64,000 bases of DNA from an uncultured virus (IMG/VR IMGVR_UViG_2645728028_000003) (taxonomy: Duplodnaviria; Heunggongvirae; Uroviricota; Caudoviricetes). The first letter of the stretch is position 1, and the number at the start of each line of letters is the position of its first letter. The stretch covers positions 1 to 64,000 of the IMG/VR virus record IMGVR_UViG_2645728028_000003, one strand, 5' to 3'. Positions 48,696-59,438 of the stretch are shown here, piece by piece. Both the position numbers and the translations under genes were made by a program. A model generated the notes under the pieces. It was not told where the DNA came from and did no database searches. It was given only the letters and a program-made list of their open reading frames with translations.

Positions 48696-49811
48696 TTAAA
48701 GTACAGTCGCAGTGACAATTGAATCATTTAGTCCTAGTGAAGGGAAAGCAAGATTAACCCCAATTGTTTCTACACGGATTGGATGTTCATTTACCTTTCG
48801 GAAAACATAGATACCATTGCTGTCTGTTTTCTCCTCTTGGATATCGGACATCATTTCTTCTGTTGTTTCTGCCCATAGGTAATGTCCTAATGGTCCTTCT
48901 GGCAGCATAACGAAACGATTTTGCGGGGCCATGCGGACATTTGTGAAGGAAAGTTTTCCGGCTGCTAACGCCTTGTTTTCTACACGGGCCTGTGTATCGT
49001 AGGCCACAACCTTCGGCAACCCTTGAGAAGTAAACAGTTCATCCAACTGCGCCTTATTAAGCTGTGGAGGATTCGCAGTTCCCGAAGGATCTCCATGGTA
49101 AGCAATCCGAATATTCTTATTCTGAAGAAGATAAGAAATAACCTGGCGAGATGCAAGGGCACGCGGCAGTACAATACCTTTATCAGCAAAAGTATTTGTC
49201 CAAGTCATGATGTCTTCTAGTGGGTTGGAGTTTACGATATCGCTCCAAAGATCAGTTCCGCTCAAGACTGGCTTTTGTTCAGATGTGAATCCGAAATCAA
49301 CTGAGAATTTTACGCCTCCTTCAGCGTAAGTAACTCCTCCAGTTGTTACAGACTGCATAGCGATCCATTCTTTACGTGCTTTAATGGCATCCACTGCATA
49401 GTCAGCATCATTCAGCTGCGTACGGCGAATTTCAGCGACTTCATTGTTTCGAAGACCACCTTGGAGCATAATACGGACCAGCTTTTCATCCATAGCACGG
49501 CCACGCTGAATTTTAGGGATTGTAATGCGCTGGCCTGTCATCCCCTCACGGCTTCCGTACTCAACTTGGGTGCCAAGTTCAGCGATCTGCGCCATTACCG
49601 GAAGACGGGATCCTTCACGAACTACATCAATTGTTAGTTCAGATGTTTCACGGGCCGGAAACAGCAGTTCATGCAAGTAGTTATTTGGTGTTGCAAGGTT
49701 GCGAGAATATACAATCAGCTCTTCGCCGGATAATGTTTGCTCTAATCCTAGAAGTTCAGGACCCGCGAATGTTTGGATATCAAGTTTTAACAAGAACTTA
49801 CTTTGAGTCAT
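48696..49811 (-). CDS. Major capsid protein (phage capsid E-like)
   Basis: LFP, RKEWIAMQ, VDFG, W...NPLEDI. Confidence 0.85.
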   Translation of the reverse strand: MTQSKFLLKLDIQTFAGPELLGLEQTLSGEELIVYSRNLATPNNYLHELLFPARETSELTIDVVREGSRLPVMAQIAELGTQVEYGSREGMTGQRITIPKIQRGRAMDEKLVRIMLQGGLRNNEVAEIRRTQLNDADYAVDAIKARKEWIAMQSVTTGGVTYAEGGVKFSVDFGFTSEQKPVLSGTDLWSDIVNSNPLEDIMTWTNTFADKGIVLPRALASRQVISYLLQNKNIRIAYHGDPSGTANPPQLNKAQLDELFTSQGLPKVVAYDTQARVENKALAAGKLSFTNVRMAPQNRFVMLPEGPLGHYLWAETTEEMMSDIQEEKTDSNGIYVFRKVNEHPIRVETIGVNLAFPSLGLNDSIVTATVL

Positions 49812-49865
49812 TTAAAAATCATCCTTTCAAATAAAATAAGCTACTTCTGATTAACAGAAATAGCT

Positions 49866-50240
49866 TTAAGCGAATTGAATAAATGGCATTTTGCCTTTTA
49901 ATGTTGCATCGACAGTAACTGGCAGCCTTTCGCTGATAACTTTAGCCATTTCATAGCCGCCTACAACATGATCTCCCTCTGTAACATCAATAGTCTGCTT
50001 CAGAATCACTGTTGGATTTTCACTACCGTCTGCTCCTCCAGAATTGTAAGGGACATATTTACCATTTGCCATCTTTGATAGTGGTTGCCCTTTTTTCAAA
50101 ATCTTCTTTCCATCTCCTCCAGCTGCGACAGCTCCTGAATCAATAGTTATGCCATTAACTACTTCCCTGATTGTTTCATAAGAAGCCAGGATTTCATAAG
50201 AATCTTGTACTTCAAAACTTGTAACTGGTTGTAAACGCAT
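49866..50240 (-). CDS. Head decoration protein
   Basis: KILKKGQPL..GKYVPY..DGSE; lies between scaffold and capsid. Confidence 0.75.
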   Translation of the reverse strand: MRLQPVTSFEVQDSYEILASYETIREVVNGITIDSGAVAAGGDGKKILKKGQPLSKMANGKYVPYNSGGADGSENPTVILKQTIDVTEGDHVVGGYEMAKVISERLPVTVDATLKGKMPFIQFA

Positions 50241-50261
50241 AAATGATTCCTCCTTTAAATT

Positions 50262-51023
50262 TTATGCCCACGGGTTATTAGCTGCGGTTTGCTGAGTACC
50301 ACGGCTAGAGGCCATTTTCTTAATGTTTTCCAACGATTCCTTTTGGCGTTGCTGGTTGTTCGGGATGTAAGCGCCAAACTGCCCTTGCTTCGTTTGCTTA
50401 AGTAGGTGAGGTTTTTTCTTGCTTAGTGCTTCTAAAGATTCTTTAACACCAACGATATTGCCTTTATCGTCTTCCTTAACTTCAGTTAGATCAGCAAGCG
50501 CCAAAGCATCTTCCCAATCCGCGAACCCGAGTTCATTCGCTAAAACTTTAACCTCAGCATTGACAAGTCGTTTGAAGGTCTTATCCTGCTCTGCCTTTAG
50601 TTGCTCTTTCAGCTTCGCCTCAACAACTGCGTCAACATTAACTGGATCAGGATCTTTTTTGTCCTTGGTATCCTTCTTTTTATCCTTGTTGTGAGCTTCT
50701 TGCATGGCTTCTACTGACTCAAACCCTAGTGATATAGCTAATTCCTTTTGTCCCTTCTTTTCAGCACGGGATAGACGTTTGTTTAAATCCTCTTGGGTTT
50801 TGAAGGTGGCAAAAGCTTCTTCTCCGCCCGGGTCAGTTCCAGCACCTCCCGCACCACCTGGATCAGTTCCGGAACCACCAGTTCCTCCTCCAGGATCACC
50901 TGCGAAGGTTTGAAGATTGCCAACGGACAACAGAAACGGCTTTTTAACTTCAGTTTTCGCAACCTCTTTTTCCTTGGCAAAGAGTAGCCAAATCCAAGTA
51001 AACATTGCATATAGATATTTCAT
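50262..51023 (-). CDS. Capsid scaffolding protein
   Basis: LQTFA leader, FKTQEDLN, KKPHLLK. Confidence 0.8.
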   Translation of the reverse strand: MKYLYAMFTWIWLLFAKEKEVAKTEVKKPFLLSVGNLQTFAGDPGGGTGGSGTDPGGAGGAGTDPGGEEAFATFKTQEDLNKRLSRAEKKGQKELAISLGFESVEAMQEAHNKDKKKDTKDKKDPDPVNVDAVVEAKLKEQLKAEQDKTFKRLVNAEVKVLANELGFADWEDALALADLTEVKEDDKGNIVGVKESLEALSKKKPHLLKQTKQGQFGAYIPNNQQRQKESLENIKKMASSRGTQQTAANNPWA

Positions 51024-51243
51024 AACTTCCTCCTATTATTTGAGCCAGAGTTGGCCGATTCCGTGATGTTCTTTAACGCCTGCAGCACGTAAAAAGGCAA
51101 AATAAAAACACTCGCTCGAGTGTTTTTATTTTTGTTATGCTTTCATACGTTCTTCACTGTCTTGCTTATACTTGTCCTTGTGTTCTTTAGAACAAAATAT
51201 TTTTCCAAATGTTTTCTTTCCGCAGACAAGACACTCAAATTTC

Positions 51244-52302
51244 TCAGTCATCTGTCAACATACCTCGCTTCTTGATTTCTCCGCCAATCTTGCGGTAATC
51301 TTCCATCCATTCTTGGTACTGTTTTGTATTTCGTGCCCTGTGGCTGGCAAAGGTTTTTAAATCAGGAAGATCAGGCATTCTAGCTTTATAACGAATCCAT
51401 TGTTTCCTGGCTTCGTTCTTTTTGGACTTCTCGCGCTGCATCTTTTCATACTTACGGATGTTAGCCTCGGTACGGCTATCAGTAAACGGCTTGTTTGAGT
51501 CTTTTAAAGCCTTTTTCACATCCAATTCATCCTGATACTCTTCAACCCACGCTGCTGTACTGTGTACACAATGGCCGTGATATGGCGGCCGCACAGTTAG
51601 TTTGGGGAATCGTTCATCTTTGCCGCTGATGCTATAGACGCGCCCCTGATATTTCGCGCAGATATCACATGTAATTCCTACTTTATTGACATAAACCAGG
51701 TCTTGATCATTTTCGATTAGCCGGTTAAGATTCCCTTCAACATGAGCCTGGCGCTGGTGGTACTGGATCACATTTGCCATATACTTATCGATAGGAATCT
51801 GAGCACCATTCTTTGCTGTAATTCCGGTGATTCCCTTTTCAGTCATTTCAGCTATTGCATCCTTTGTTGCTTGTCTCCTGGAGACACCTTCAATCAATGA
51901 TCTCCTGTTTGCCCGAAAGACAACTTCCTCGATTCGTTGTCGCACATCTGCAGTAGCATTATCGTTTGCTTCCAGAATGCGATAAAAGGTTTCATCAACA
52001 ATAGCCTGAACAGCTCTTACGTGAATGACTGTTTTTAAAGTAGGTTCGATGGCTTCTTCAGCAACTCCTTGAGCAAGCAGCTGTCTAATTGCTTCAGTTG
52101 AACCGGCTTTATACGATTCCTCAATGATCTCTCTTGCCACCTGCGCAGCATTCTCTGAAAGATTCGCTATGATTTCACGTATCTGTCTGAGAAGCTGCTC
52201 CTTTCGCCTTTTAGTCGGTCCTTCTTCCAGTGAACGAATAAGACCAAGTAGATAAAAATTGGCTTCCTGGTACATTTGGATAAGTTTTTCGTTCTTGTCC
52301 AT
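51244..52302 (-). CDS. Minor capsid / head morphogenesis protein
   Basis: CDICAKYQGRVYS...PPYHGHCVH. Confidence 0.85.
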   Translation of the reverse strand: MDKNEKLIQMYQEANFYLLGLIRSLEEGPTKRRKEQLLRQIREIIANLSENAAQVAREIIEESYKAGSTEAIRQLLAQGVAEEAIEPTLKTVIHVRAVQAIVDETFYRILEANDNATADVRQRIEEVVFRANRRSLIEGVSRRQATKDAIAEMTEKGITGITAKNGAQIPIDKYMANVIQYHQRQAHVEGNLNRLIENDQDLVYVNKVGITCDICAKYQGRVYSISGKDERFPKLTVRPPYHGHCVHSTAAWVEEYQDELDVKKALKDSNKPFTDSRTEANIRKYEKMQREKSKKNEARKQWIRYKARMPDLPDLKTFASHRARNTKQYQEWMEDYRKIGGEIKKRGMLTDD

Positions 52303-53798
52303 TATTCATCATCACCAATAGAAGTCTTAGGTGGCTGAGTTATAACAGGAGTTAAGCCATCAACTGCTTGGTGCTCCAAAATCTTATCGATTTCAGCAGT
52401 AATAGCCTCTTCAGACCAATCCGGATGGAGATTACGAATAGTTGTCTCCAGAGACTGAACTCCACCTTCAAACTTCTTAATTTCTTCTTCATCCTTTTCA
52501 CTGTCGGCTTTCGGCAGCATATCCGCCCACTCTACTACTGGATCAACATCCTTAAAGGCTGTGCTTCCTAATGCATTCTCCAGGATGATGCATTTTCGAA
52601 TGGCTTCCTTGATGGCATTATTAAATTTATCTTTGATAGCCTCTGCCTTAATTACTGACTGGATCCACTCGTAAAGGATAGCAATTGCTGAACGGCCGCC
52701 CTGATCTGTATTGACCCCAACTGCCTGAGCAGATGTTTTTGAGATGACCAGCATGTAATCAATCAAACGCTGCACGTGATCAAACGACTGCTCTGTTTTT
52801 GCATCCCAAGTAATGTACATGGGAACAGCGCCGTTCTTTTCATCGTAGCTGACCACTTCAAGATCAGCATGCCGGACAAAGCGATCACCATAGTAGGTTT
52901 TATTTTTGTTTGCCACACTGTCCCAGAGAGCACGGGGAATTGCCAGCTTAGGCTTACCATGCTTTTCAAAGACAATGGAATCACGGGTGATGGTCCAGTT
53001 GATTTCCTCTTGGATCACGTCGATATTCCGAAGACCTGAACGTCCTCGCGGGTTTAACAGAGTTTCATCATTTGGGATATAGCCACACATCAGCTCGGTA
53101 ATACCGGCAAGCTCCTGATCTTCTGGAACTTCGACACTGAATTGCTGGGCATATTCCTGAATATCCATTTCCTCTTTTACCGTTTCTCCATCCATCTTGA
53201 AAACCAGTTGCTGGATAGTCAGTTTATCTCCCTCAAGCCTTTGCCGCTCCACTCTCAGGAACTTTTCGTCACCACGTTCCTCAACCCACGGGATATCTGC
53301 TCCAAGATCATCATCGTGTTCATAGTAAAGATCAGCAGGCTTCCATTCGAACCAGGTACCTTTCATATCTCTTCTGATACGGTAAGCTACTCCACCATCC
53401 ACCTGGTGCTGAACAACAGCTGCCCAGATGTTTTGATTGATCTTCGAAGCCTTTGCCACTTGCTGAACAAATTCCAACAGTTGCTTATCTGTTTCTGTAT
53501 CCGCTGAAATGTTTCCTAAGGATCTGTTAATTAAATCTGCAGGAAGCTCCGCAATCACAGAGGAGAAGTTCACAATCACGTAATGGTGCTGGGCTGTTTT
53601 TTCCACTGCTTTTCTCAGGTAAGCTTTTCGGGGCTTCCTAATAAACCTTGTGACTTGTGTTTCTTTGGCCAGCTCCTGGGCTCTTGGGAATATGTTCTCG
53701 TGATTTCCGTCGTATAAGTCCCGGAAGTAATGAATCTGCTGCACTTCCTCATCAAATGGAGGAGGGGGGAACTTCTCCTTCAGGTAAACAATTGTCAT
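52302..53798 (-). CDS. Portal protein (SPP1-like)
   Basis: Size and position; SLETTIRNLHPDW. Confidence 0.85.
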   Translation of the reverse strand: MTIVYLKEKFPPPPFDEEVQQIHYFRDLYDGNHENIFPRAQELAKETQVTRFIRKPRKAYLRKAVEKTAQHHYVIVNFSSVIAELPADLINRSLGNISADTETDKQLLEFVQQVAKASKINQNIWAAVVQHQVDGGVAYRIRRDMKGTWFEWKPADLYYEHDDDLGADIPWVEERGDEKFLRVERQRLEGDKLTIQQLVFKMDGETVKEEMDIQEYAQQFSVEVPEDQELAGITELMCGYIPNDETLLNPRGRSGLRNIDVIQEEINWTITRDSIVFEKHGKPKLAIPRALWDSVANKNKTYYGDRFVRHADLEVVSYDEKNGAVPMYITWDAKTEQSFDHVQRLIDYMLVISKTSAQAVGVNTDQGGRSAIAILYEWIQSVIKAEAIKDKFNNAIKEAIRKCIILENALGSTAFKDVDPVVEWADMLPKADSEKDEEEIKKFEGGVQSLETTIRNLHPDWSEEAITAEIDKILEHQAVDGLTPVITQPPKTSIGDDE

Positions 53799-53952
53799 GA
53801 TTTCACCTCACTTTTATGCAATTTTTTATTCAAAAATCTTAGGAAATTTAATCCTGAGACAAAATAAAAACACCGTCAAATCAACGATGTATAAAATCCT
53901 GTATATTCGATTATTTTAGGGTGTTGATATATCAATGTTTCTGAGCTATTTA

Positions 53953-53980
53953 ACTTCCCGAAATTACTATTATGTCAACT
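53953..53980 (+). other. dif-like Xer site between terL and portal
   Basis: ACTTCCCGAAA-TTACTA-TTATGTCAACT; 21/28 identical to B. subtilis dif as recalled (ACTTCCTAGAATATATATTATGTAAACT). Confidence 0.75.
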
Positions 53981-54002
53981 AAGAATGCATATCATATACA
54001 CT

Positions 54003-55421
54003 TTACCAGCCTGCAGGACGTTCGCTTGACCACTGCATGTCCTTCTCTGTTGCAAACGCTAAAGCAACAGCATCTGCTCGGTCGGGAGAATCCAGGCCAC
54101 GCTTTTTCATATCCTCTTTTCGTTCCAGCATGATCCTTCCCTTACTGGTCATCCTGTACTTTCTTGTGGTCAGCTGCGAAATAAGCCGGTCATCTTTTGG
54201 CAGCTGAACAGTCGCCGAGTTCCCCTGAAGATATTCAGTAAGATTCTCTTTCAATCTATCCCGAATAGCTGCCCAAATTTCTGTACCTCTGTTCTCATAG
54301 TGCTCATTATCGTGAGCTGTTCGGCCATTTCCAACCGGAATGACCTGAATGGAGAAAGGGAAATTCTCCTGCATGATAATCTCATTCAGCTGATCAGTAA
54401 CTCCTCCGCCCACTCCATCATCATCGATCTTAATTAGAACGTGATTGATGAACGGAAAAAGAGAATGGAATTCACGGGCGGTTGCAATGATATTCCCAGT
54501 TGTTTCAGTGGTTCCCTTTTTGTTATAGCATTGAAGCTTGAATACTTTCCCAGCTATCCTTGGTGCAATTACAGTTTCATCATCACCGTACCTGGCAACG
54601 TCAACTCCAATATGAAGTACATGGGCATACGGATCAATCTCTTTTTCAGTGGCCATCTCTGCCATTTCAAGAGGGATGAATACATCGGGCTCACTTTTGG
54701 GAAATTCACCGTATACCCTTACCCTGACAACATCGCTATCCTTTCCGTACTTCCGGATAAGGCGCTCGATGTTCTCTTTGCTCGCTCTCGGGCTATCCCA
54801 GCTGCTAACCTTGTGTGCTTTATAATCTGCCCGGTCTTTATGGTGAGAATCATAAAAAACCCCACTCGTTCGAGTCGGGTTACCGCACATCAGCAGTTTA
54901 TTTTCAGCGCCAGAGAGTGTTCCCAGGATAGCTTCCATGATGTTGTCTGCTACCCCTGAAGCTTCATCCACGACAAAAAGCATGTAATCTTCATGGAAAC
55001 CCTGCATGTTCTCGGGTTTAGTGGCGGTTCTCGCTGTAGCAAACCAACGCTCTTCACTTCCAATCATGTAAACCTTTGTCTTGGTCCACTTAAGAAAATT
55101 CTTCACCATAGAAGACTCTAACCATTTTGCAATTTCAGCCCATAGTACGTCATTCAACTGCTGACGGGTGGGAGCTGTACAAATGACTTTAGGATTTAGC
55201 CGGCAGCATAAATACCATATAACGGTTACTGCTTCCAAACCCGTCTTCCCTACCCCCTGGCCTGAACGAACAGAAACAAAACGATTGTTAGCCAGGTCTC
55301 TTAAAACATCCTGCTGCCATTTATCAGGCGTGAACTGGAGAACATCTTCAGCGAATGCCACTGGATCATCCCAATACACTTCGATCAGATCGACTAAAAC
55401 ATTGTAAGGCTGATTACTCAT
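54003..55421 (-). CDS. terL: Terminase large subunit
   Basis: SGQGVGKT, VVDEASG, GNPT, GVDVARYGDD, SPDRADA. Confidence 0.95.
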   Translation of the reverse strand: MSNQPYNVLVDLIEVYWDDPVAFAEDVLQFTPDKWQQDVLRDLANNRFVSVRSGQGVGKTGLEAVTVIWYLCCRLNPKVICTAPTRQQLNDVLWAEIAKWLESSMVKNFLKWTKTKVYMIGSEERWFATARTATKPENMQGFHEDYMLFVVDEASGVADNIMEAILGTLSGAENKLLMCGNPTRTSGVFYDSHHKDRADYKAHKVSSWDSPRASKENIERLIRKYGKDSDVVRVRVYGEFPKSEPDVFIPLEMAEMATEKEIDPYAHVLHIGVDVARYGDDETVIAPRIAGKVFKLQCYNKKGTTETTGNIIATAREFHSLFPFINHVLIKIDDDGVGGGVTDQLNEIIMQENFPFSIQVIPVGNGRTAHDNEHYENRGTEIWAAIRDRLKENLTEYLQGNSATVQLPKDDRLISQLTTRKYRMTSKGRIMLERKEDMKKRGLDSPDRADAVALAFATEKDMQWSSERPAGW

Positions 55422-56271
55422 TCGCATTCACCTGCTTGCGCTTTTCAGCAACTTCTTTAAGCGCAGTTACCCAATCTTCAGCTCCGTCCTTTTTATCTCC
55501 CTTGATGTTTTCAATTTCAACTTTAAGCTTTTCATTCTGCAATTTCTTACGTTCGTTTTCACTAAGAAGATCAGTATATTTGGAAAGGAACTCTAAGGCT
55601 TTCATCTTATCCGCAAGCTTGACGGAAACGCCGTCTTTGCCTTTCTTGACCTCAGTGATAATCGTACCATCCACTTCATCATGGTTCTTGAGATTAACAT
55701 AGCTGTATGAGTAGGTGACTTCATCACCGTTTTCATCAATCATTGGTTCAAGGTTGTGATCAAGTTCTGGCCTTTTCTCTTGCCCGAATTCAACAAAGTC
55801 TGTTATGTCAGCAAAGGCAATGTCGATGTATTTTTGGAGGATATCTTGAGTGTCGAGTTTTACTTCGTCTCTTAGTTCTTTTAATTGTTTATCGATCTCT
55901 TGCCGGACTCCCTCATTTTCCCACAATCTATAGGAGTGTGCATTTGCTGTTTTCCAACTACACCCGTAAGCTTTCATGTATGCCTTTGTTTTGTTTCGAT
56001 ATTTGACATAGTAATTACAGAAATCCTTTTGCTTATCATTAAGCTCATCGTTTTCGATTACCCTTTCAGGCTCTTTTTTGGGTTGCATCCTTTTCGCTAG
56101 GGTTGCAACCTTTTGCTTATTGGTTGCATCCTTTTTTGTTGGATCCCTTGACCATCCTTCACGGCTTTTTCTGCTTTTTAGAGTTCCGATTTTCACATCG
56201 TATTTTTCAGCAAGTGCCTTTAATGTGATCTTGGAAGTCTCAAATTCTCTTCTAATTACATCCCAGTTCAT
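55414..56271 (-). CDS. terS: Terminase small subunit
   Basis: N-terminal HTH, LNDKQKDFC..Y, KLADKMKALE. Confidence 0.9.
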   Translation of the reverse strand: MNWDVIRREFETSKITLKALAEKYDVKIGTLKSRKSREGWSRDPTKKDATNKQKVATLAKRMQPKKEPERVIENDELNDKQKDFCNYYVKYRNKTKAYMKAYGCSWKTANAHSYRLWENEGVRQEIDKQLKELRDEVKLDTQDILQKYIDIAFADITDFVEFGQEKRPELDHNLEPMIDENGDEVTYSYSYVNLKNHDEVDGTIITEVKKGKDGVSVKLADKMKALEFLSKYTDLLSENERKKLQNEKLKVEIENIKGDKKDGAEDWVTALKEVAEKRKQVNANE

Positions 56272-56330
56272 TACATGGCACCTACCTCCTGTCTTTTTTC
56301 AAAAGAAAATAGCACCCCGAAGGATGCCTT

Positions 56331-56768
56331 TTATTGTAATATAAATTTGAAAATTGTTTTGATAGCTTCAACATAACTTGAATACCAGTTTTTAGATGAT
56401 GCATCCTTTTTGCTATCAAACTCTAATATCTCACCATTTTCCAATGTTAACTTCAAATTTGCGGGACTATCTTGATAAAATGGATGAGAAAATTCCACAT
56501 CAACAATTTTTTGCTTATGAACTCTAAATTCTACATTTCTTCCTTGTATTTTAACTTCAACAATCTTATTTTCCTGAAAGAAATATAATAGTTTTTCTCC
56601 ATCTACAAATAAATTCTTCCCGTAAAAAAAACCAACCTTTTCAGGATTTACATATTCTCCAAGGATGCCACTAAGGTTCTTTATTAACTCGTGGCCTAAT
56701 GGAATCTGTCTTTTTTTCAGATCTTCTAAAAAATCATTATAAGTATAAATTTCACTCAATTTGCTCAT
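56331..56768 (-). CDS. Moron protein (DUF3908-like)
   Basis: Own promoter and terminator; FFYGKNLF motif. Confidence 0.6.
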   Translation of the reverse strand: MSKLSEIYTYNDFLEDLKKRQIPLGHELIKNLSGILGEYVNPEKVGFFYGKNLFVDGEKLLYFFQENKIVEVKIQGRNVEFRVHKQKIVDVEFSHPFYQDSPANLKLTLENGEILEFDSKKDASSKNWYSSYVEAIKTIFKFILQ

Positions 56769-56892
56769 CTCCTTTTCGACTTAATTCGCCAAAAAGAAAA
56801 TATTCTCCTGCAAGAAATTCACCGCAAGGTGGATCATCGAACAAAAATAGAGGAAGGAGCTTGTTAACCGTCTCCCCGTACTGCCTTCCATT

Positions 56893-57363
56893 TTACACAG
56901 CTTTTTTTTCCAATTTCAAAAGATGCACAAACTGGCTTTTTTGGCTCAATTGGTTCAAAATGGCTTCCTTGGCTTTTTTGACGTGATTTCTGGATATTCC
57001 AATATGATAAGAGATTTCCCTGAAGGACATACCATCTATGATGCAATCATAAATAACTCGATCTCTTTCATCTTCCAATAACTCTGCTGCATATTCGATA
57101 GCATATACACGCACTTCCAACCTTTCCAAACGTTTATGCAATCGCTCTTCTCTTATATCCAGGCTTCGTAATTCCATCTGGCTTTTACCTGAACTACCCT
57201 TTGGCATTGCTGCTTCTATCCCATATTGAGCAACACCCCAGCTTTTCATCGGTGCAGGCCGGCCATATAAATATTTTTGGAGGCGAACTACTTCTTTTTT
57301 CATCCAGTGGTAATCCCTTAACACAGTTTCGATTTGATCAATAATGCTGGCAGCTTCTTTCAT
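56893..57363 (-). CDS. Sigma-70 region-4-like late regulator
   Basis: LRDYHWM...AQYGIEAAMPK...DGMSFREIS. Confidence 0.8.
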   Translation of the reverse strand: MKEAASIIDQIETVLRDYHWMKKEVVRLQKYLYGRPAPMKSWGVAQYGIEAAMPKGSSGKSQMELRSLDIREERLHKRLERLEVRVYAIEYAAELLEDERDRVIYDCIIDGMSFREISYHIGISRNHVKKAKEAILNQLSQKSQFVHLLKLEKKAV

Positions 57364-57453
57364 AGAAAACACTCCTTTATTAAAATCAAAAAGACACCAA
57401 ACAAACGCAAATGCGTTCATTCAGTGTCCTCCAGTTGGCTGGTAGAGCAAAAC

Positions 57454-57993
57454 TTATGACATGGAAAAATTAATAAACTTGAACAAGCTTTTAATAGTTG
57501 AGATATTAGAATTAATGGGGGCTTCTAAGTTAATTGACTCAAATGGTATTTTTAAATCCCTAGCTATTTCCGATGAATATTCCTTTTCTAATTTTTGAAA
57601 CTCATATAAAAAGTCTTTATCGTATCGTTTACCGTCCCTTTTATAAAGGTTTTGTTGAATTGTTTCTAAAGAATTTATTAACATAACAACTGCTGATGGT
57701 TTAAGGTATTGAAATGTGGACTTTGGTATTCTCTCAATTTCATTCCTTGTATTCATTAAACAAAAGTGACCATCTAATAAGAACATATTTTTCTCATCAA
57801 GTTCGTTTAAGGCTGCAATTAAATAATTTGTATTTTCATCAGATTTTTGAACAGCTTTATCGACAGTAAATGATTTCTGTTTTTTTGTTGAAATAAGTTC
57901 ACTTGCCGAATAATGAGGAATATTTAAATTTGATTTAACTTGATCACAGAAATAACTCTTTCCAACACCATGTATTCCACCCACAAAAATCAT
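57454..57993 (-). CDS. P-loop nucleotide kinase-like protein (adenylate-kinase fold)
   Basis: IFVGGIHGVGKS, SASELI, LLDGHF. Confidence 0.8.
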   Translation of the reverse strand: MIFVGGIHGVGKSYFCDQVKSNLNIPHYSASELISTKKQKSFTVDKAVQKSDENTNYLIAALNELDEKNMFLLDGHFCLMNTRNEIERIPKSTFQYLKPSAVVMLINSLETIQQNLYKRDGKRYDKDFLYEFQKLEKEYSSEIARDLKIPFESINLEAPINSNISTIKSLFKFINFSMS

Positions 57994-58033
57994 TTGTTAC
58001 CCCCTAGACAAATGTGTAAAAATAATAGCACTT

Positions 58034-58408
58034 CTAGTCTATATAACAGAAAGATTGAGGTGCCCTAAAATTGGACATCAACTCTTTTGGTAATATAGGC
58101 TCATCATATTTTTTTGCTTCTTTAATTTTTATTGCATAACCAGTCTCTTTATTGTGAAAATATTCCTTAAAGAAATCATAAGAAATACCAGAGAACATCT
58201 TTGTTTCTTTCCAAAGCTCCTCTATCTCTTCATTAATAATATCTTCTATTAATAGTTCTCCTACGATTTTGCCTTCAGGCATTGTACTATAAACTACAAT
58301 AGTGTCTACTTCTTTTTTCTTAAAAATACATCTGCGATATTCAAATTGTTTTTCACCATTAAATATCTTTTCCACAAATTCTGGTTTAATCGATAATAAA
58401 ACTTTCAT
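58034..58408 (-). CDS. ASCH domain protein
   Basis: LLSIKPEFVEKIFNGEKQFEYRR...APQSF. Confidence 0.9.
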   Translation of the reverse strand: MKVLLSIKPEFVEKIFNGEKQFEYRRCIFKKKEVDTIVVYSTMPEGKIVGELLIEDIINEEIEELWKETKMFSGISYDFFKEYFHNKETGYAIKIKEAKKYDEPILPKELMSNFRAPQSFCYID

Positions 58409-59438
58409 TTATTCCACCTAGTTCTACGATTTTATTAAACTGACTTTTCCCTATAGAAAGTAGTCCCCAGCGATCATTCCTATTCAAGCCACAATCATCC
58501 GCTAATGTTCTTCTAATTAATTTCTTTTCCATTGCTAAATTATAAGTCATTTTCAACACGAATAGATTGTTTTTTATAAATAGACTTCTTAATTCACTTT
58601 CTGTAAAAACACTATGTTTCTTACAGTAATCATAATACTCGTCAAAGTTTAAAAAGTCACTCTTTGTTTTAACCTCGTCTAGAACACAGATAGATGTTGC
58701 AACAGATCTATATTCTGCCGGTCCTTGATTGTCAGACATCCTGTAAATAACAATCCCATCACCTGGTTCTAATGACCTTGCCTGAGGCATAAAACATATA
58801 TATACTTTATGAATGCTATTTGTATGAGAAACATCTTGAATTAAATCAAAACTTTCATTAGTTAATATTGAATCAGGAAATAATAGAGTATGGTATTCTG
58901 GCTTGATCCCTAACAAATAAGTCTTGTTATTCTTTATATTAACTAATGGATAGTCAAGTAATGGATCTCCTTTAATTATATCCAAGCTTTTGAAATATAC
59001 GTTTTCTGTACCATTTTCTGTGTGTTTTACTGCATCACAAGTAAAACCATATTTCTCCAATAACTTAATTAGAATCTCGTGTTTTGGAAAAACAGTAACA
59101 TACAACTCTTTAATACTGTTTACCACAGCATAGTCAATAGCTTTTTTTATAAATCTTTCACCTAGTTTTGTCCCACGAGAGTTAATTTTTAAAGTTCCAA
59201 TTTTAATTCTTTCCTTTTCTGGGTGCCTAGGCTCTATATTATTTAACTCTTCGTTCTCTATTTTAAGATACAAAAAAGCCTGTATACCATGCTCATTTTC
59301 ATAGTAATAAGCTTTATTATTTTGTTTTTTTATAAACCATGCTTCAAATTCTTTATAATCTGATTTTAAAGAATCGAAGAAAGGATCATCTAGGTTAATG
59401 TTTTTAAAAAAATCATACTTCAGAAAAGTTTTATCCAT
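58386..59438 (-). CDS. GNAT acetyltransferase fused to an ASCH/PUA-like domain
   Basis: DPFFDSLKSDY, KIGTLKI..RGTKLGERF, IKPEYHTLLFP, PGDGIVIY. Confidence 0.8.
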   Translation of the reverse strand: MDKTFLKYDFFKNINLDDPFFDSLKSDYKEFEAWFIKKQNNKAYYYENEHGIQAFLYLKIENEELNNIEPRHPEKERIKIGTLKINSRGTKLGERFIKKAIDYAVVNSIKELYVTVFPKHEILIKLLEKYGFTCDAVKHTENGTENVYFKSLDIIKGDPLLDYPLVNIKNNKTYLLGIKPEYHTLLFPDSILTNESFDLIQDVSHTNSIHKVYICFMPQARSLEPGDGIVIYRMSDNQGPAEYRSVATSICVLDEVKTKSDFLNFDEYYDYCKKHSVFTESELRSLFIKNNLFVLKMTYNLAMEKKLIRRTLADDCGLNRNDRWGLLSIGKSQFNKIVELGGINESFIID

